In this document: in pieces, positions 1 to 10,285 of the stretch
Layout of the letters: each line of letters starts with the position of its first letter
Numbering within the stretch: the stretch's first letter is position 1
Virus record (IMG/VR): IMGVR_UViG_3300032240_001872
Span: 1-64,000 of that record
Origin: a virus
DNA: 64,000 nucleotides
Strand: one strand, 5' to 3'
Notes under the pieces: model-generated
The model's input: only the letters and a program-made list of their open reading frames with translations
Databases searched by the model: none
What the model was told of the DNA's origin: nothing
Program-made: the position numbers and the translations under genes

Positions 1-1192
1 AGAATCCACGGCCACTAGAATCACGGAAGTCTAACGACAATGTAGAACCATCGTTGGTTTTCAACTGTGCGTTATCACCTTTTACAAAGCCGGCTCCACT
101 TGGTAATGTCAAACTACCATCTGTGCCGAAGTTCCAAGTGTAAAATGTTGATCCAGCATCTGGACTTGTGGTGACACGCACATCTTGATCCTGAGCAAGT
201 ATCAAATTATATCCAGCATTGTTTTCTAATACGGCTTGATTGCCCTGGGGTGCTTTGAGTGTTACCGGCAAGCCAACAGGACCAGTGATAACTCCGCCTG
301 TGGGTAATGTTAATGTACCATCTGATGTCAATGTAACTACCGCGGTGCTAGATGTAAGTTGAAATGGAGTACCTCCGGCCTGTACAGGTTGAAAACTTAA
401 TGTACCGCTACCGTCGCTGTACAAGTATCCTGTAGCAGTAGTCATAAACCACGCGGGCTTGTTCACAACATCAGTCCAGTTGCCAGTTCTTGCAACTGTG
501 GCAAGGTTGTTGGTTAGGCTGTTGGCGATCAAGGTATTAACTGAAGCAGTTGTTACATAACCTCGAGTAGTTACATATGATTGTGTTGCATAGTTGGTTA
601 ATGAGTTAGCGATTAGGCTTGTAACTGTACTGACAAAATTGCTTAGACTATTTGCGATCAACGTTGTTACTGTGGCAGTACCAACTCCACTGACAAAGTT
701 AGTTAGGCTATTTGCTATCAATGCCTTTACTGTAGCAGTACTGACTCCGCCCGATGTATCAATTACATTCTGAAAACTCAGTGTACCACTGCCGTCGCTA
801 TATAGATAACCAGGCGTTGTTGTATTAAACCATGCAGGTTTATTAACGATGTCTAACCAGTTGCCACTTGTTGCAACTGCTGACAGTTGCGGAGCATTTG
901 TAATGATACCATAGTCAACTGTTGTAAGATATCCCCTGTCATTTGTAAATGCAGATACTAGGGTGGGTATAACTGGTATAGTTGGCTTGCCGCTTAGATC
1001 AGCATACAATCCACTAAATGCCACACTATTAAAATTAGGCTTACCAGTTACTTCACTCCAGCTGGGAGTAACTGCTGTTTTGATTGAGCTTAACGCAAGT
1101 TTGTAATTGCTACCGCTTGATACTATTGGAAATATAGTATCGCTGGGAGGACTTGTTAAAAATTGTAGTTGACTAAATTTAATTGATGACAT
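1..1192 (-). CDS. Virion fibre/structural protein, 3' end outside the window (not in ORF track)
   Basis: ATG at 1192, 2 nt after the S8 protease stop. My translation is open to the window edge: MSSIKFSQLQFLTSPPSD...WSEVTGKPNF...YADLSGKPTIP...FTNDRGYLT. It has two copies of GNWxD(I/V)VNKPAWFxTTxxGYLYSDGSGTLSFQ and four LIANSL repeats, and is T/S/G-rich like the neighbouring fibre genes. Confidence 0.8.
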   Translation of the reverse strand, partial: MSSIKFSQLQFLTSPPSDTIFPIVSSGSNYKLALSSIKTAVTPSWSEVTGKPNFNSVAFSGLYADLSGKPTIPVIPTLVSAFTNDRGYLTTVDYGIITNAPQLSAVATSGNWLDIVNKPAWFNTTTPGYLYSDGSGTLSFQNVIDTSGGVSTATVKALIANSLTNFVSGVGTATVTTLIANSLSNFVSTVTSLIANSLTNYATQSYVTTRGYVTTASVNTLIANSLTNNLATVARTGNWTDVVNKPAWFMTTATGYLYSDGSGTLSFQPVQAGGTPFQLTSSTAVVTLTSDGTLTLPTGGVITGPVGLPVTLKAPQGNQAVLENNAGYNLILAQDQDVRVTTSPDAGSTFYTWNFGTDGSLTLPSGAGFVKGDNAQLKTNDGSTLSLDFRDSSGRGF

Positions 1193-1194
1193 TG

Positions 1195-2772
1195 TTAGAA
1201 TCCAGATGTAATTGACCAAGGATACGGATTATTGAACGGTTGATATAACTGTCTATTAACTGCTCCTTGTAGACCGGCAAACTGCACGTATCCGGCTCCG
1301 CCATAGTATGTTTCGTTTAGTGTATTTAATAGAGCATTCTCTTTAAGCCACTGCTGTACTTGCCATTGCTTATACCAAGGACGACTCTGTAATAGGCAAG
1401 CAACTACACCAGTGACCTGCGGACATGATTGACTTGTTCCACTAATCTTGTTTAGATAGAATGTTGCTGTTGTAGAAGTAGATATATTTCCACTTCTTGG
1501 ATCAACTACTGCGGGATCAGTATATGCGGCATTGATAAACGCTCCCATGATGCCTGCACCTGGCGCAAATATATCTACTCGGGGACCAGTATTTGAAAAA
1601 CTAATTTTATGTTCAGGGAGCGCATAGCTGGTAGCACCTACACAGATAACCCCATCTGCGGCAGCTGGACTGGTTCCTCTATGATAATAGTATTTTGATC
1701 CGCCAGCGGTAACCCAATAGTTATTGTAATCAGTGCCACCGCTTACATCACATTTCATTGCTTGATTGCCTGCAGACGCGGTAAAAATTATACCTGCTGA
1801 TATACAACTGGCTATCTCTGCTTCAATTGATGGTACACGTAGTCCAAAGGTAGTTGTTGATGTATTTGCTGCCGGTACTGAACCATCTGAACTGACCTGA
1901 CCGTACACAGAAAGAGGACCTGTAGCAGGATACATAACACCTTGCCAGAATGTACCAGTCATGTTGGCATATTGAATATCGTATCCCCAACTGTTGTTAC
2001 ATACTGTTGGACGTCTATATCCTGTCTCAGTTGTTGGCTTGGCATTGTGCCATGCTCGTAGAGTCTGTAGTGCGCTCACAGGATCTGTATAGTTGCTTAG
2101 GTTAGGATCGATGATGTTGAAGCTGTAGATATTGGCGGCTCTAGCCCAACCTTGTGTGTTGCCTGCGGCAATACTGGCACAGTTGCTACCGTGGCCGTCT
2201 AAGTCCCCTACCCAAGATGAAATACCAGTTCCGGGTATTATACCATATGTAGACCAATTGACTTCAACTACCCTTGTACCGCCGGTGCCATCAGGGTTAA
2301 CTGCGAACTCAGGATGATATTTGATTATACCAGTGTCCATCATAACGATGTCAACTCCGGCACCATCAAGATTGAAACCAAAGGCCGCAACTGTTGCAGT
2401 ATTAACACCAAAAGGTTCTACTGGACTTATGCTTCTTAGTAATCCCCAGTTCTTGTCTGTTGATGTATTTGTATATCCTGGTTTAGCAAATGTAGCTGTC
2501 GTTAATGTAAAGGTCTTAGGATGTAATCCTAGGTCTACAGGATCTCTATGCACGTCGGCAATTCTAGGATCATTAACCAGCTTTTCTGCTTCTGCCTCTG
2601 TTAGATAGTATACGCCATTGTATTCGCTATGTCGCATGGGATTTTGACACACAATAGGACGAGCAGGAACATATTCAGTGCCTGCAGGTGCAACAAGATC
2701 TTGATGGATACTTGGCTTGTGTTCAGGATCTTGCGCAACAACATAGTATCTATACTGCATTTTATAATCCAC
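1195..2772 (-). CDS. Subtilisin-like S8 serine protease with N-terminal prodomain
   Basis: Catalytic motifs in S8 order: IVMMDTG (Asp), DGHGSNCASIAAG (His), ASAGN (oxyanion Asn), VDIFAPG, SGTSQSCPQVTG (Ser). Paralog of the N-terminal part of 18757-23115. Confidence 0.9.
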   Translation of the reverse strand: MDYKMQYRYYVVAQDPEHKPSIHQDLVAPAGTEYVPARPIVCQNPMRHSEYNGVYYLTEAEAEKLVNDPRIADVHRDPVDLGLHPKTFTLTTATFAKPGYTNTSTDKNWGLLRSISPVEPFGVNTATVAAFGFNLDGAGVDIVMMDTGIIKYHPEFAVNPDGTGGTRVVEVNWSTYGIIPGTGISSWVGDLDGHGSNCASIAAGNTQGWARAANIYSFNIIDPNLSNYTDPVSALQTLRAWHNAKPTTETGYRRPTVCNNSWGYDIQYANMTGTFWQGVMYPATGPLSVYGQVSSDGSVPAANTSTTTFGLRVPSIEAEIASCISAGIIFTASAGNQAMKCDVSGGTDYNNYWVTAGGSKYYYHRGTSPAAADGVICVGATSYALPEHKISFSNTGPRVDIFAPGAGIMGAFINAAYTDPAVVDPRSGNISTSTTATFYLNKISGTSQSCPQVTGVVACLLQSRPWYKQWQVQQWLKENALLNTLNETYYGGAGYVQFAGLQGAVNRQLYQPFNNPYPWSITSGF

Positions 2773-5700
2773 GTAAGAATGTTGCTTGGAAGAATGTAGC
2801 AGTTGAACTAACTGGTAAACTCATTGCGGCGCCAGTTGTTTGATATGCAAATGCTTCTATAAAGTCACTGGACCCGTTACATTGTACGATAGCACTTGCT
2901 GTTACAATAACTCCACTTGCGTTGTTTGCAACTTTGTTACCTGCTTTATATGCCGCAGAATTTCTATATATGCTTACACCAACTAGGCCAGTACCGCTGG
3001 GCGCAGGTTGCATTGATACAGATACTTGATAGAACCCAGGAACCAGAGGAGTATATCTAAAGTTTGAAGTGTTATCAAAGTAACCACCAGTATCATATTC
3101 CTTGGTTTGGAATGTGATCTTGGTCGGAACGCCAGATGCAACTGCCGCCTGTGCAACACTTAGATATGTGCTTACTATTGGTCCATAACCTACTGGCACC
3201 GGAGTTGTACCCGTTGCAGTAGTAATATAGAAACTGGTAGCATTAACACGACCCCCGACACCAAGTCCACCGTTGGTAATCGTTACTGCACCAGAACTTG
3301 TGCTTCCAGATGCTTGAACGTTATTAACCTGTAGTGTGTTAGTGATAACACCGCCGTTAAAGATCGTGCTGGTTGACAACTGTAGTCCGTTAATAAAGAT
3401 CTTACCAGCTACGTTTACGTCTTGTCCTACAGATATACCACCTGCAACGGCTATAGCACCGTTGCCACTGGTACCAATGCTGGTACTGGTTGATCCTGTT
3501 GCGTTGTTAACAAACAACGGAGCAGTAATAGTACCACCGTTAAACACAGTACCAGTACTTAGGGTAGCACCGTTTAATATTAGACTTCCGTTGATATTAA
3601 CAGGACCTGTAACTCCCATACCACCTAATACAACCAGCCCGCCTGAACTTGTTCCAGTTGATACGGTACTTGTTTGTAAGATTCTAACAGGTACACCGGC
3701 ATCTGCACCACGGCGTGTTACAGTATCTAGATTACTTGTGACGTTAACAGTAACAGTACCTGTACCAATAAAACTTGCTGTTCCGTTGGTTAATAATGAA
3801 ATATCATTTCCTGGAACGATTGATGTTGGACCAGTATTTTTAATGTTGTAGGCAATTACTGTTGCAGTATTACTTGATGTAGTAATATCAATACCAATAT
3901 TTGGAATTAGTATTGCTTCAGTTAAAACACGACGACCGCGATCAAATAAACCTACGTTAGTGGCTGTTGAACTTGCTGTGCTGTCTGCACCTGCATATAC
4001 TCTACTACCAACATATATGTCTCCATATACACCAATACTGCCGTCAACTACCAACGCACCTGTTGATGTTCCAGTTGATCCTGATAATGATGTAATGCGT
4101 ATTGGTGTATTAGTAGTTGCGCCTCGACTTACAATAGTCTGTAGTGTTGAAGTATTCCAAATAGCATAAACACCACTTGATACCAATGCAACTCTTGTAT
4201 CAGTGCCGCCTTGTAATCCAGTTAATGGAGTACCTAAGTTTGCTTGTGTAACGACTTGTGATCCACCAACATATAAGTTTGTTCCAACCCATAGGCTCTT
4301 TGTAACACCCATACCGCCGGCAACAATAACAGCTCCAGATCCTGTTGAATCCACAGCATCTTGTGTTGAATAGAATGTGGCTGTGTTATATTGCGTTAGT
4401 TGTCCTTTATTGTCCCATTGTGCGTACAGGTTACCTGCACCATCTGACAGGCTAACATAGTTTGTTAGAGTAGCAATAGCAGAGCCATTGTAGCCACCGA
4501 TGATAACTTGATAACTGGCTGTTGTTAACGCAGAACCTGCACCATAACCAATTACAGTATTGTATGAACCTGTAGTTGCCTGTAGAGTATTGTTACCAAT
4601 AACAGTATTATATGAACCAGGACGTACTGTACCGTTCTGTATGTTATAACCAACATAGACGTTATTGGACTGTGCTACTATACTTTGATAGTTTGTGTAT
4701 CCGCCTAAGATTGTGTTATATGCGCTGGCTCCTGTGCCTACATAAGTCTGATGACCAAATGCAGAGTTAAATGTACCTGACACTACTCCAAGGCCGGAAC
4801 CAATACCAACTAAGGTATTGTTACTTCCGCTGACTAATGTTGTACCTGCGTTGAAACCAACTGCTGTATTTTGGTCTGCATTGACATTGATTAAAGCGTT
4901 GAAGCCAACTGCTGTAATATACTTTGCACCAGTATTATTTTGTAGGGCGCCTGCACCAATAGCAATGTTGTATGGTTGTGCAGAACCACCAGATCCAATC
5001 AACACACCGTTAATTGTACTTGGTTCGCCTGTGATGATGTTTTTACCAATACCAATACCACCCCATACTTGCAGGGCACCAGTTGAAGTTGATGTTGCAG
5101 GAGTTGATGTATTAACAAACAGAGTCGTGTTTGTAATAACCTGTCCTACAGCACGTAACTGTAGATCGTTGGCGCTGGAAATGATAGTAACTGCTGTGCC
5201 AGTTGTAAAAATATTAGTTGCAGATATTACACCATTAACTGATAAGTTGCCAGTGATAGTAAAGTTACCGTTAACACCAAGACTCAATGCACCATCGGGT
5301 GTTACACTCAAACCATAACCTGGACGAACAACACCGTTAGTTGTTGTAGTTGCCGCAGGAATGTTTGCCGCATTAACATCAATAGTACCGTCCACTGCGG
5401 CTGCGATTGAGTTACCAATCTTAACGCCACCGATTAAGAATTTTGTTGCTGTTGTTAGCACTTGACTAGGAACACTGACGCTACCAAATTTATCAATCTG
5501 TAGACCGTAGCCAATTGTGATACCACCAAGTGTAGCTGTTGTAGCTGTGTTAAGTGTGAAAGCCGCGGCAGAACTTAATGTGCCGTCACCTGCAATAGCC
5601 AGGCCACTACCAATCTTAACCCCACCAATAGTACTTGTAGTAGCTGTTGTTAGTGCTGTTGCCTGACTACTTAAGATACCGTTGCCATCAATCTGCAATC

Positions 5701-6655
5701 CTGTACCAACAATAACCCCACCAATACTTGAAGTACTGGCTGGTAACAATTGGAATGATAGCGTGTTGTTAACTGAAATGGTAACTGACTTAGTACCAGG
5801 GTTAGTCGACAATGTTACGTTGTTGCCTGCAACAAAGTTTAAACTGTCTGTACCGCTGGTAGCTGATATTATACCTTGACCAGGAACTGCAACTTTACCA
5901 AATGCTTTTGAGCTGGCATTGTCAACGTAGCCTTTGGTTGCCGCATCACTTGAACCAACTGGTGCTGCCAAGTTAGTGATACGCTTACCTGTTAGACTCA
6001 TGTTACCAGCTGGAGCAACAATCAAATCGCCTATCTGTGTAATAAGATTTGTAAGAGTAATATATGCAGTGAGTACGCCAGCCGCTGATATAGGACCAGG
6101 TATATTAAGATTAGAGCCATCGCTGGTAATGCTGGTAGCTGTTACTGTAGTTGTATTGAAATAAACTGCAATAGTTCCAGTGGTACCTTTGCCCACGTTA
6201 CCGCTGCCGCCACCTCCACCACCACCGCTGGAGTTAAATGTAATGGTGTTTGTTATAGGATCAGCAACTAATGTTATGTTGTTACCAGCCAAGAAGTTAA
6301 GAGTACTCTTTTCGCCGGCGGCTGTTAGTTGATCGTTGCCCACGTTAATTGTATCAAACGCAGGACCCATGTCTAACACTCCATCTTGCGTGATAGTTAG
6401 ATGTGGACCAACTTTGACGCCGCCAAGCTGATTAATGGTAGCAATAGCCACAGGAAACGTTGATGGCAGTCCTTGAATATCTCCGTAAGCACCTGAGTAT
6501 GCGAGACCGCTTAATCCTGCTGTAGCATAAGATTTAATGTCGCCTATTAATACTTTCTTTGTTCCTAGTGTTAATGAATCAACAATAGGTAGCGCATCAT
6601 TTGCTCTTATATTGCCTACGGCTAAGGCCGGCAGTTGTGAAATTTTAATTCCCAT
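2762..6655 (-). CDS. Long fibre/adhesin-like virion protein with C-terminal C1q/TNF-like domain
   Basis: 1297 aa, G/T/S-rich. Six AT/SxxxxGGVxxGxGLxIxxDG repeats, six STGALxVxGGxG repeats, RITNLAAPVGSSDAATKGYVD stalk motif and N(T/V)xxG beta-roll-like repeats. The C-terminus KITFQTKEYDTGGYFDNTSNFRYTPLVPGFYQVS resembles C1q-like heads. Confidence 0.8.
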   Translation of the reverse strand: MGIKISQLPALAVGNIRANDALPIVDSLTLGTKKVLIGDIKSYATAGLSGLAYSGAYGDIQGLPSTFPVAIATINQLGGVKVGPHLTITQDGVLDMGPAFDTINVGNDQLTAAGEKSTLNFLAGNNITLVADPITNTITFNSSGGGGGGGSGNVGKGTTGTIAVYFNTTTVTATSITSDGSNLNIPGPISAAGVLTAYITLTNLITQIGDLIVAPAGNMSLTGKRITNLAAPVGSSDAATKGYVDNASSKAFGKVAVPGQGIISATSGTDSLNFVAGNNVTLSTNPGTKSVTISVNNTLSFQLLPASTSSIGGVIVGTGLQIDGNGILSSQATALTTATTSTIGGVKIGSGLAIAGDGTLSSAAAFTLNTATTATLGGITIGYGLQIDKFGSVSVPSQVLTTATKFLIGGVKIGNSIAAAVDGTIDVNAANIPAATTTTNGVVRPGYGLSVTPDGALSLGVNGNFTITGNLSVNGVISATNIFTTGTAVTIISSANDLQLRAVGQVITNTTLFVNTSTPATSTSTGALQVWGGIGIGKNIITGEPSTINGVLIGSGGSAQPYNIAIGAGALQNNTGAKYITAVGFNALINVNADQNTAVGFNAGTTLVSGSNNTLVGIGSGLGVVSGTFNSAFGHQTYVGTGASAYNTILGGYTNYQSIVAQSNNVYVGYNIQNGTVRPGSYNTVIGNNTLQATTGSYNTVIGYGAGSALTTASYQVIIGGYNGSAIATLTNYVSLSDGAGNLYAQWDNKGQLTQYNTATFYSTQDAVDSTGSGAVIVAGGMGVTKSLWVGTNLYVGGSQVVTQANLGTPLTGLQGGTDTRVALVSSGVYAIWNTSTLQTIVSRGATTNTPIRITSLSGSTGTSTGALVVDGSIGVYGDIYVGSRVYAGADSTASSTATNVGLFDRGRRVLTEAILIPNIGIDITTSSNTATVIAYNIKNTGPTSIVPGNDISLLTNGTASFIGTGTVTVNVTSNLDTVTRRGADAGVPVRILQTSTVSTGTSSGGLVVLGGMGVTGPVNINGSLILNGATLSTGTVFNGGTITAPLFVNNATGSTSTSIGTSGNGAIAVAGGISVGQDVNVAGKIFINGLQLSTSTIFNGGVITNTLQVNNVQASGSTSSGAVTITNGGLGVGGRVNATSFYITTATGTTPVPVGYGPIVSTYLSVAQAAVASGVPTKITFQTKEYDTGGYFDNTSNFRYTPLVPGFYQVSVSMQPAPSGTGLVGVSIYRNSAAYKAGNKVANNASGVIVTASAIVQCNGSSDFIEAFAYQTTGAAMSLPVSSTATFFQATFLRGL

Positions 6656-6675
6656 GTCTTTATCCTAAAATTCTA

Positions 6676-8415
6676 TTACCATGTACCTGGAGCATTGCCA
6701 GCCGCAATAGGTATTCTTACCCATTGGTTAGTCGCTACGCACAGGTAAAAATATGATCCGTCGTATGTTACTTCTCCAGGGTTTCCAGCATCTGTACTTG
6801 AACCAAGTGTTGATGGACCTCTGTTGGTGATCTGGCCACCTGTTGTTCCTGCTGTTGCACTCAGCACACCGCTACCATCAATGGCCAAACCGTTACCAAC
6901 AATGATACCGCCGACTGTGGCATTTGATGCAGTTGTAATAACTGCGGCTGTTGTCTGTACAGTAGAGTCAGGGAATATAATTCCACCAACACCATTAATT
7001 TGTAAACTACCTGCAAGTGTTAGGTTACCGTTTTTACGCAACAACATCTTGCTGGACCAGCCAGTGGTTGCAATTGGGCTGTTGTATATACCTGCATCAA
7101 ACAAGTTTGCGCCTGCATTACTGTCTCCTACGATACGTAGACTAAAGTTTGTTGCGTCAGTTGCAAGACCTGCATTTAAGAATTGGTTGGTTCTTAACAA
7201 CAAAGAGTTATTGCCACTGCTATGAATGAGTGTGTTGGTTACTCGTATGTTACCGCTGGTTGGGGCAAGTATCAAATCCTCGTTTGGATTTAGTGTTCCG
7301 ATTGTGCTTACATTGAATGTGATGTCCTGGATACCATTGGCTGTGTTTGTGCTTACTGTGCCATCGCCGGCAATCTGTAGACCAACACCAATTTTGATTA
7401 ATCCTAATGTGCTGGTTGTAGCAGTTGACACTGAACGAGTGTCAATACTAATAGTACCATCACCACTTGTGAGTATGCCTGCACCAACTTTAACAACACC
7501 TAATGAAATGTTAGTTGCTGTGACTGTTGAACTGAAAACTGAACGTTGTGTTATCTGTCCGTTTAGATCTGAGTAGTTAAGCACTACATCGCCTGTTCTT
7601 CCTGCTACTGAAACAACCTCGGCTATGATACCGTCAATCTTGTCCCAGTTAGCACCGTTGAACAATGCTAGGTCACCTACGTTCCAAATAGCAATGCCAT
7701 CTAAATTAGTAGTACCTGCAAAATTTACCTTGTAGTAAGATCCTTTGGTTCCTGTACTGGCTGTGAGTACAGGACTATTTGTATTTGCGTTCCATGTACC
7801 TTGATAATTTAATGCACCTAAAACATTGCTGGCTATCTGTGTCAACGGAACGTGTCCGGTTGAATCTAATGTTGCGATGCCGTTTGGTTGACCTAGAGTG
7901 AATGAATTTGCTGGATCAAATCCCAATGCAGTTGATATGTCGGTGGAAGATAAAGTAACCTGACCACTGCGATTATTGAATAGTGTTACTCCAGCATTTG
8001 ATAACACACCAAATTGATTTATTGATAATCCGTTTCCAATGCGTACTCCGCCAATAACGTTTGCACTTGCAGTGGGTAGTATGTATGCACTGGCGGCAGA
8101 AATAACACCATCGGGAGTAATATTAATTCCTGATCCAATTTTAACACCACCGATATTTACGGCAGTTGCTGTCGTAAGACTTGCGCCAATATAGTGAGTG
8201 GCTGTATTATAGGTAAATCTTATTCCATAATCATTTTGGCTATCTGTAAGCGCAGGAGCCACAGCGTCAATGATAGCATTTGTATTAAGACCGGATGTTG
8301 CTCCCAAGATTTCAAAGTTTTTGTTAACCTTATAAAAGGCTGTGCGTAAGCTATCTCCGTCCCCTTTGTTAGCAGATGTTCCAGTGTTGATTACGAGTAT
8401 TGTTGCTGTTGTCAT
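6676..8415 (-). CDS. Baseplate-anchored fibre protein (gp9/gp10-like N-terminus)
   Basis: N-terminus INTGTSANKGDGDSLRTAFYKVNKNF matches the T4-like baseplate gp9/gp10-type N-terminal motif. Five GGV(K/R)IGxGxxIxxDG repeats, SVAGRTGDVVL motif, C-terminal YDGSYFYLCVATNQWVR. Confidence 0.8.
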   Translation of the reverse strand: MTTATILVINTGTSANKGDGDSLRTAFYKVNKNFEILGATSGLNTNAIIDAVAPALTDSQNDYGIRFTYNTATHYIGASLTTATAVNIGGVKIGSGINITPDGVISAASAYILPTASANVIGGVRIGNGLSINQFGVLSNAGVTLFNNRSGQVTLSSTDISTALGFDPANSFTLGQPNGIATLDSTGHVPLTQIASNVLGALNYQGTWNANTNSPVLTASTGTKGSYYKVNFAGTTNLDGIAIWNVGDLALFNGANWDKIDGIIAEVVSVAGRTGDVVLNYSDLNGQITQRSVFSSTVTATNISLGVVKVGAGILTSGDGTISIDTRSVSTATTSTLGLIKIGVGLQIAGDGTVSTNTANGIQDITFNVSTIGTLNPNEDLILAPTSGNIRVTNTLIHSSGNNSLLLRTNQFLNAGLATDATNFSLRIVGDSNAGANLFDAGIYNSPIATTGWSSKMLLRKNGNLTLAGSLQINGVGGIIFPDSTVQTTAAVITTASNATVGGIIVGNGLAIDGSGVLSATAGTTGGQITNRGPSTLGSSTDAGNPGEVTYDGSYFYLCVATNQWVRIPIAAGNAPGTW

Positions 8416-8666
8416 TATTTTAATCCTGCTAATCGTTTCATTGTTTCTAAGTCCTGTTGTTCAACAACGGTATTGGTATTTTCTATAACCTGCTCTTCCA
8501 AAGTATCTACCATTCCACCAGTCTGCATGGGCAAATCCAAAACAAAACTGCGTAAAAAACTCATGCTACGATCTACAGTAGGCTGAGGAATTGGTTCCGA
8601 ACGAGCTTCTTTGATCGCATGTGCGCTGGTGGCTATTTCTTGTAAAATGGTTCTTTGGCGGTTCAT
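8415..8666 (-). CDS. Small hypothetical protein ending MKRLAGLK
   Basis: First gene of the minus-strand structural operon. Its stop overlaps the next ATG (TAATG), and TAAATA lies 6 nt upstream of its ATG. Confidence 0.7.
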   Translation of the reverse strand: MNRQRTILQEIATSAHAIKEARSEPIPQPTVDRSMSFLRSFVLDLPMQTGGMVDTLEEQVIENTNTVVEQQDLETMKRLAGLK

Positions 8667-8672
8667 ACAAGG

Positions 8673-8678
8673 TATTTA
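8673..8678 (-). promoter_or_regulatory. Late-promoter-like TAAATA box for the structural operon
   Basis: Minus strand reads AATAAATACCTTGT-ATG. Confidence 0.55.
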
Positions 8679-8691
8679 TTGGTTTGAGCTC

Positions 8692-8747
8692 TTGATTAAA
8701 CCATTGTGATGTGTTATAATTAAACATTGTTTTAACCCCTATAAATA
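8692..8747 (+). promoter_or_regulatory. Tandem sigma70-like promoter and T4-type late box upstream of the HNH gene
   Basis: TTGATT (8692-8697), 17-nt spacer ending TGT, TATAAT (8715-8720), then TATAAATA (8740-8747) 8 nt before ATG 8756. Confidence 0.65.
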
Positions 8748-8755
8748 GACATATT

Positions 8756-9277
8756 ATGTCAGACTGTTTAATTTTGAATACGGACGGAAGCCCAGTTTCA
8801 CTGCTTCCATTAAGCACGATCACATGGCAAGATGCTATCAAATATATAGTTTTGGAAAAAGCTCATGTACTTGAATGGCACGATGACTGGATCGTAAGAT
8901 CAGCACGATGGGAAACTCGTGTTCCTGCTGTCATTATGGTTAAAGAATACATGAAAAAGAAAACAAGTATTCGTTATTCCAAGCAGAATGTGTTCCTGCG
9001 TGACGGGTATAAGTGTCAATACTGCGGTGTTGACGTTAACCGCCGCACGGCCACGTTAGATCACTTGATTCCAGTATCCAAAGGTGGAAAATCAGTTTGG
9101 GAAAATGCTGTTTGTGCTTGTTCTAAGTGTAACAGCCATAAGGGCAATAAATCGGGCTTTAAACCAAAGAAAGCCCCTCACAGACCTAACTACTATGAAT
9201 TAGTAGAAAAGCGCAGACTTTTTGAATTTCATATTAGCCATCCTGCGTGGAAGGCCTATTTAGGTCTAGAGTCTTAA
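8756..9277 (+). CDS. HNH endonuclease (McrA-like)
   Basis: RDGYKCQYCG...TLDHLIPVSKGG...WENAVCACSKCNSHKG zinc-bound HNH motif. Confidence 0.9.
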   Translation: MSDCLILNTDGSPVSLLPLSTITWQDAIKYIVLEKAHVLEWHDDWIVRSARWETRVPAVIMVKEYMKKKTSIRYSKQNVFLRDGYKCQYCGVDVNRRTATLDHLIPVSKGGKSVWENAVCACSKCNSHKGNKSGFKPKKAPHRPNYYELVEKRRLFEFHISHPAWKAYLGLES

Positions 9278-10073
9278 TCCAATCTGGAATTAATCTAGTA
9301 GCAGACCATCCAAGTAATTCTTTTGCTTGGGTGGTATTCGAACAGGTGTCTTTTGCATAACCCAGTAATTCTTGTTCTGTAACAATAGGACAATTGAACA
9401 GGGGGGCAAGTTCTTCTAGACTCCAATTTTGTCCTGTGCCTAGATCTAGGGTAACATTTTCTGGCTTGTATCCTGCTGTACGTATAAGTGCATCAGCAAC
9501 ATCGTCTACGTGTACAAAATCTCTACGTTGTTGTCCACCACCGCGAAGCAGTATGGGTTTACCGTTCAAGGCAGAATGTAGCCAATTGCCTATTACCAGT
9601 CCTTTATCTCCGTAGGGAGCGTCTTCGCCGTAGCAGGTAAAGATTCTGCAGATAGTATATCGTAGATCTAATGAGCGGCTGTAGGCTTCTATGATCTGTT
9701 CACCTGACTGCTTGGTCCAACTGTAGGGGTTAAGAGGACCGTCACCATTGCCATAAACTGAACTAGAGCTGGCAAATACTAGGTGTACTCCAAATGTTGC
9801 GCACATCTGGGCAACGTATTCAGTAAGCTCAATATTGTCTTTAATATATGCAGATGTTGATCCCCAACTTGTAGGAATCCTGGGACGGGCCGCAAGATGG
9901 ATAACTGCATCTACATCTGTAAGGGCAAACTGGAACTCCCGTCTGCCTTCAGGACTGTTGAGGTCATAGTTTGTTTTACGGTCAAACCCGTAATATCCGA
10001 TATCTAATTGATCCAGTTGTTGGCAAACATGCTTGCCGATCCAACCATCGCTTCCTGTTACTATTATGTTCAT
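9234..10073 (-). CDS. NAD-dependent epimerase/dehydratase (extended SDR)
   Basis: [28 protein letters not shown] (YxxxK), RDFVHVDD. Confidence 0.9.
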   Translation of the reverse strand: MNIIVTGSDGWIGKHVCQQLDQLDIGYYGFDRKTNYDLNSPEGRREFQFALTDVDAVIHLAARPRIPTSWGSTSAYIKDNIELTEYVAQMCATFGVHLVFASSSSVYGNGDGPLNPYSWTKQSGEQIIEAYSRSLDLRYTICRIFTCYGEDAPYGDKGLVIGNWLHSALNGKPILLRGGGQQRRDFVHVDDVADALIRTAGYKPENVTLDLGTGQNWSLEELAPLFNCPIVTEQELLGYAKDTCSNTTQAKELLGWSATRLIPDWIKTLDLNRPSTQDG

Positions 10074-10285
10074 TGTCTGTATACAATCCTGCCTTTGGTC
10101 AGGTCATACGCACTCATTTCTACTTTAACATTGTCACCTAACAATATTTGAATGCGGTTTTGTCTAATTTTACCCGATACATGGGCCAGTATTAGAATAC
10201 CGTTATCTAACAATACCCTAAACATTGCGTTGGGTAGTACTTCTTCCACTTTACCTATTACGGTAATAACATCATCTTTTGCCAC
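10070..10285 (-). CDS. infA: Translation initiation factor IF-1
   Basis: [29 protein letters not shown]...[41 protein letters not shown] start at 10285 after an AAAGGAG SD gives 71 aa, so the ORF-track start is over-extended. Confidence 0.95.
   Translation of the reverse strand: MAKDDVITVIGKVEEVLPNAMFRVLLDNGILILAHVSGKIRQNRIQILLGDNVKVEMSAYDLTKGRIVYRQ

Noticed and set aside
2132-7576. Many plus-strand ORFs (e.g. 3336-3851, 4818-5318, 6824-7576) opposite the fibre and protease genes
   Set aside because: They are antisense shadows of G/T/V/A-rich codons, giving P/V/L/T-rich translations with no motifs.
8756-9277. HNH as an intron- or intein-encoded homing endonuclease
   Set aside because: It is free-standing, with no interrupted host gene or intron structure around it.
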